Source of the DNA: Felis catus
Lineage: Eukaryota
Direction: 5' to 3'
DNA length: 64,000 nt
Assembly: GCF_018350175.1 (NCBI RefSeq)
Contig: NC_058368.1
Span: 163,930,001 to 163,994,000 of the forward strand
A program made the position numbers and the translations under genes. Numbering within the stretch: the stretch's first letter is position 1; each line of letters opens with the position of its first letter. Shown here in pieces: positions 63,016-64,000 of the stretch. The notes beneath the pieces were generated by a model that was given only the letters and a program-made list of their open reading frames with translations, was not told where the DNA came from and did not search any database.

Positions 63016-63245
63016 GGGGCGCCTGGGTGGCTCAGTCGGTTGAGCGTCCGACTTCGGCTCAGGTCACGATCTCACGGTCCGTGAGTTCGAGCCCCGCATC
63101 GGGCTCTGGGCTGATGGCCCAGAGCCTGGAGCCTGCTTCCGATTCTGTGTCTCCCTCTCTCTCTGCCCCTCCCCCGTTCATGTTCTGTTTCTCTCTGTCT
63201 CAAAAATAAATAAAAAAAAGTTAAAAAAAATTTAAAAAAAATAAA
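63016..63245 (+). mobile_element. Fairly young felid SINE
   Basis: TSD TAAAAAATTAGTTATGAT at 62997-63014 and 63246-63263. Confidence 0.97.
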
Positions 63246-64000
63246 TAAAAAATTAGTTATGATATATTTTGTCTTTGAAATCTCTTTCTATTTATTCAAA
63301 TATGTCAGTATTTTCTTTGTGTTTTCTGAATCTTATGGATATCTTAAAAAAGTATTCCCTTTTGCTTAATCCCCCAACCTAAGCTATATTTTATTTAACT
63401 CCTTTATAGTTTGCTTTTTTGGTTTTAGATCTTAAATCAATTTGAAACGTGTGTTTAATTACCATATAAATAAGTAGTTCTTTTCTCATATTAAGTCTGC
63501 ATATATGTGTGTGTATGAGTTTAAAAATTTGATTTCTCTCTTTGGTTCCATTGATCTCCTATTTCCCTCCTAGTACCATACCAAAGCTTTCTATTGATAA
63601 CTGGTAGAGAAAGTGATCCCAAATTATTCCTTTTTTCCAAAGTTATCCTTGCTATTCTTCTATATTTACTCTCTCCAGAAAAACTTACGAATCTATTTGT
63701 CAGGTTTCTGTATGAATTTGTCTTTTTGTTTTAAAATAAAACAGATATGTAGAACCAGAAAAAATATATGTAGCTTAATGAATTAATGTAATGTGAACAC
63801 CTTTGAAGCCACTACCTGAGTAGGAAATAGTATTTTGTCTGCCATTCTAGAATCCATCCATGTGCCTATCCAAATCCCAATTGCCCTGATAGAAACCACT
63901 ACCTTGATTTTTATCCTTATTCCCTTGAGCTTCTTCATCAGTTTATCACCCAGGTGTGAATCCCTAAACCACAGTCTTAAACATTGCATATTAGCTGTGC

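Larger units (their letters stand above)
62750..64000 (-). mobile_element. Ancient L1ME-like fragments (ORF2 end and a separate 3' UTR piece)
   Basis: GAGGTTGAGCATCATTTTC, TTCCATTGATCT...AGTACCATAC and GTGAACACCTTTGAAGCCACTACC resemble antisense L1ME. Confidence 0.55.

Noticed and set aside
253..63209. Many similar ORFs (MAQSVK.LTSAQVMISQ..., MGQRETEHERGRG..., GAPGWRSRLS...)
   Set aside because: All are translations of CAN-SINE copies in different frames, not a protein family.
221..63245. tRNA genes suggested by A/B-box motifs
   Set aside because: The motifs belong to tRNA-derived SINE heads followed by (CT)n and A tails; no complete cloverleaf was seen.

Overview
AT-rich, repeat-dense mammalian DNA, almost certainly from a felid: it carries 33 tRNA-derived carnivore SINEs, including five near-identical young cat-type copies. 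I recognise no host protein-coding exon, RNA gene or CRISPR array. The ORF track is mostly SINE-derived or chance ORFs; the only real protein remnants are L1 ORF2, the Tigger1 transposase and L2. SINEs (25 minus vs 8 plus) and L1 pieces lie mostly on the minus strand, which suggests a long intron of an unidentified gene transcribed on +. Most notable: (1) a ~1.25 kb element with inverted, exactly 15-bp-periodic subterminal repeats (MULE/Ricksha-like architecture) inside an old MaLR LTR at ~29000-30256; (2) a SINE-in-L1-in-Tigger1 nest with a fold-back L1 5' junction and a later deletion scar; (3) an intact solo LTR inside an MLT1A LTR; (4) candidate splicing elements: a frame-preserving 45-nt exon, a SINE exonisation and AG|GT recursive-type sites. 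I cannot confirm a new biological system. Repeat family names come from my recollection of consensus sequences, and boundaries of old repeats are approximate.
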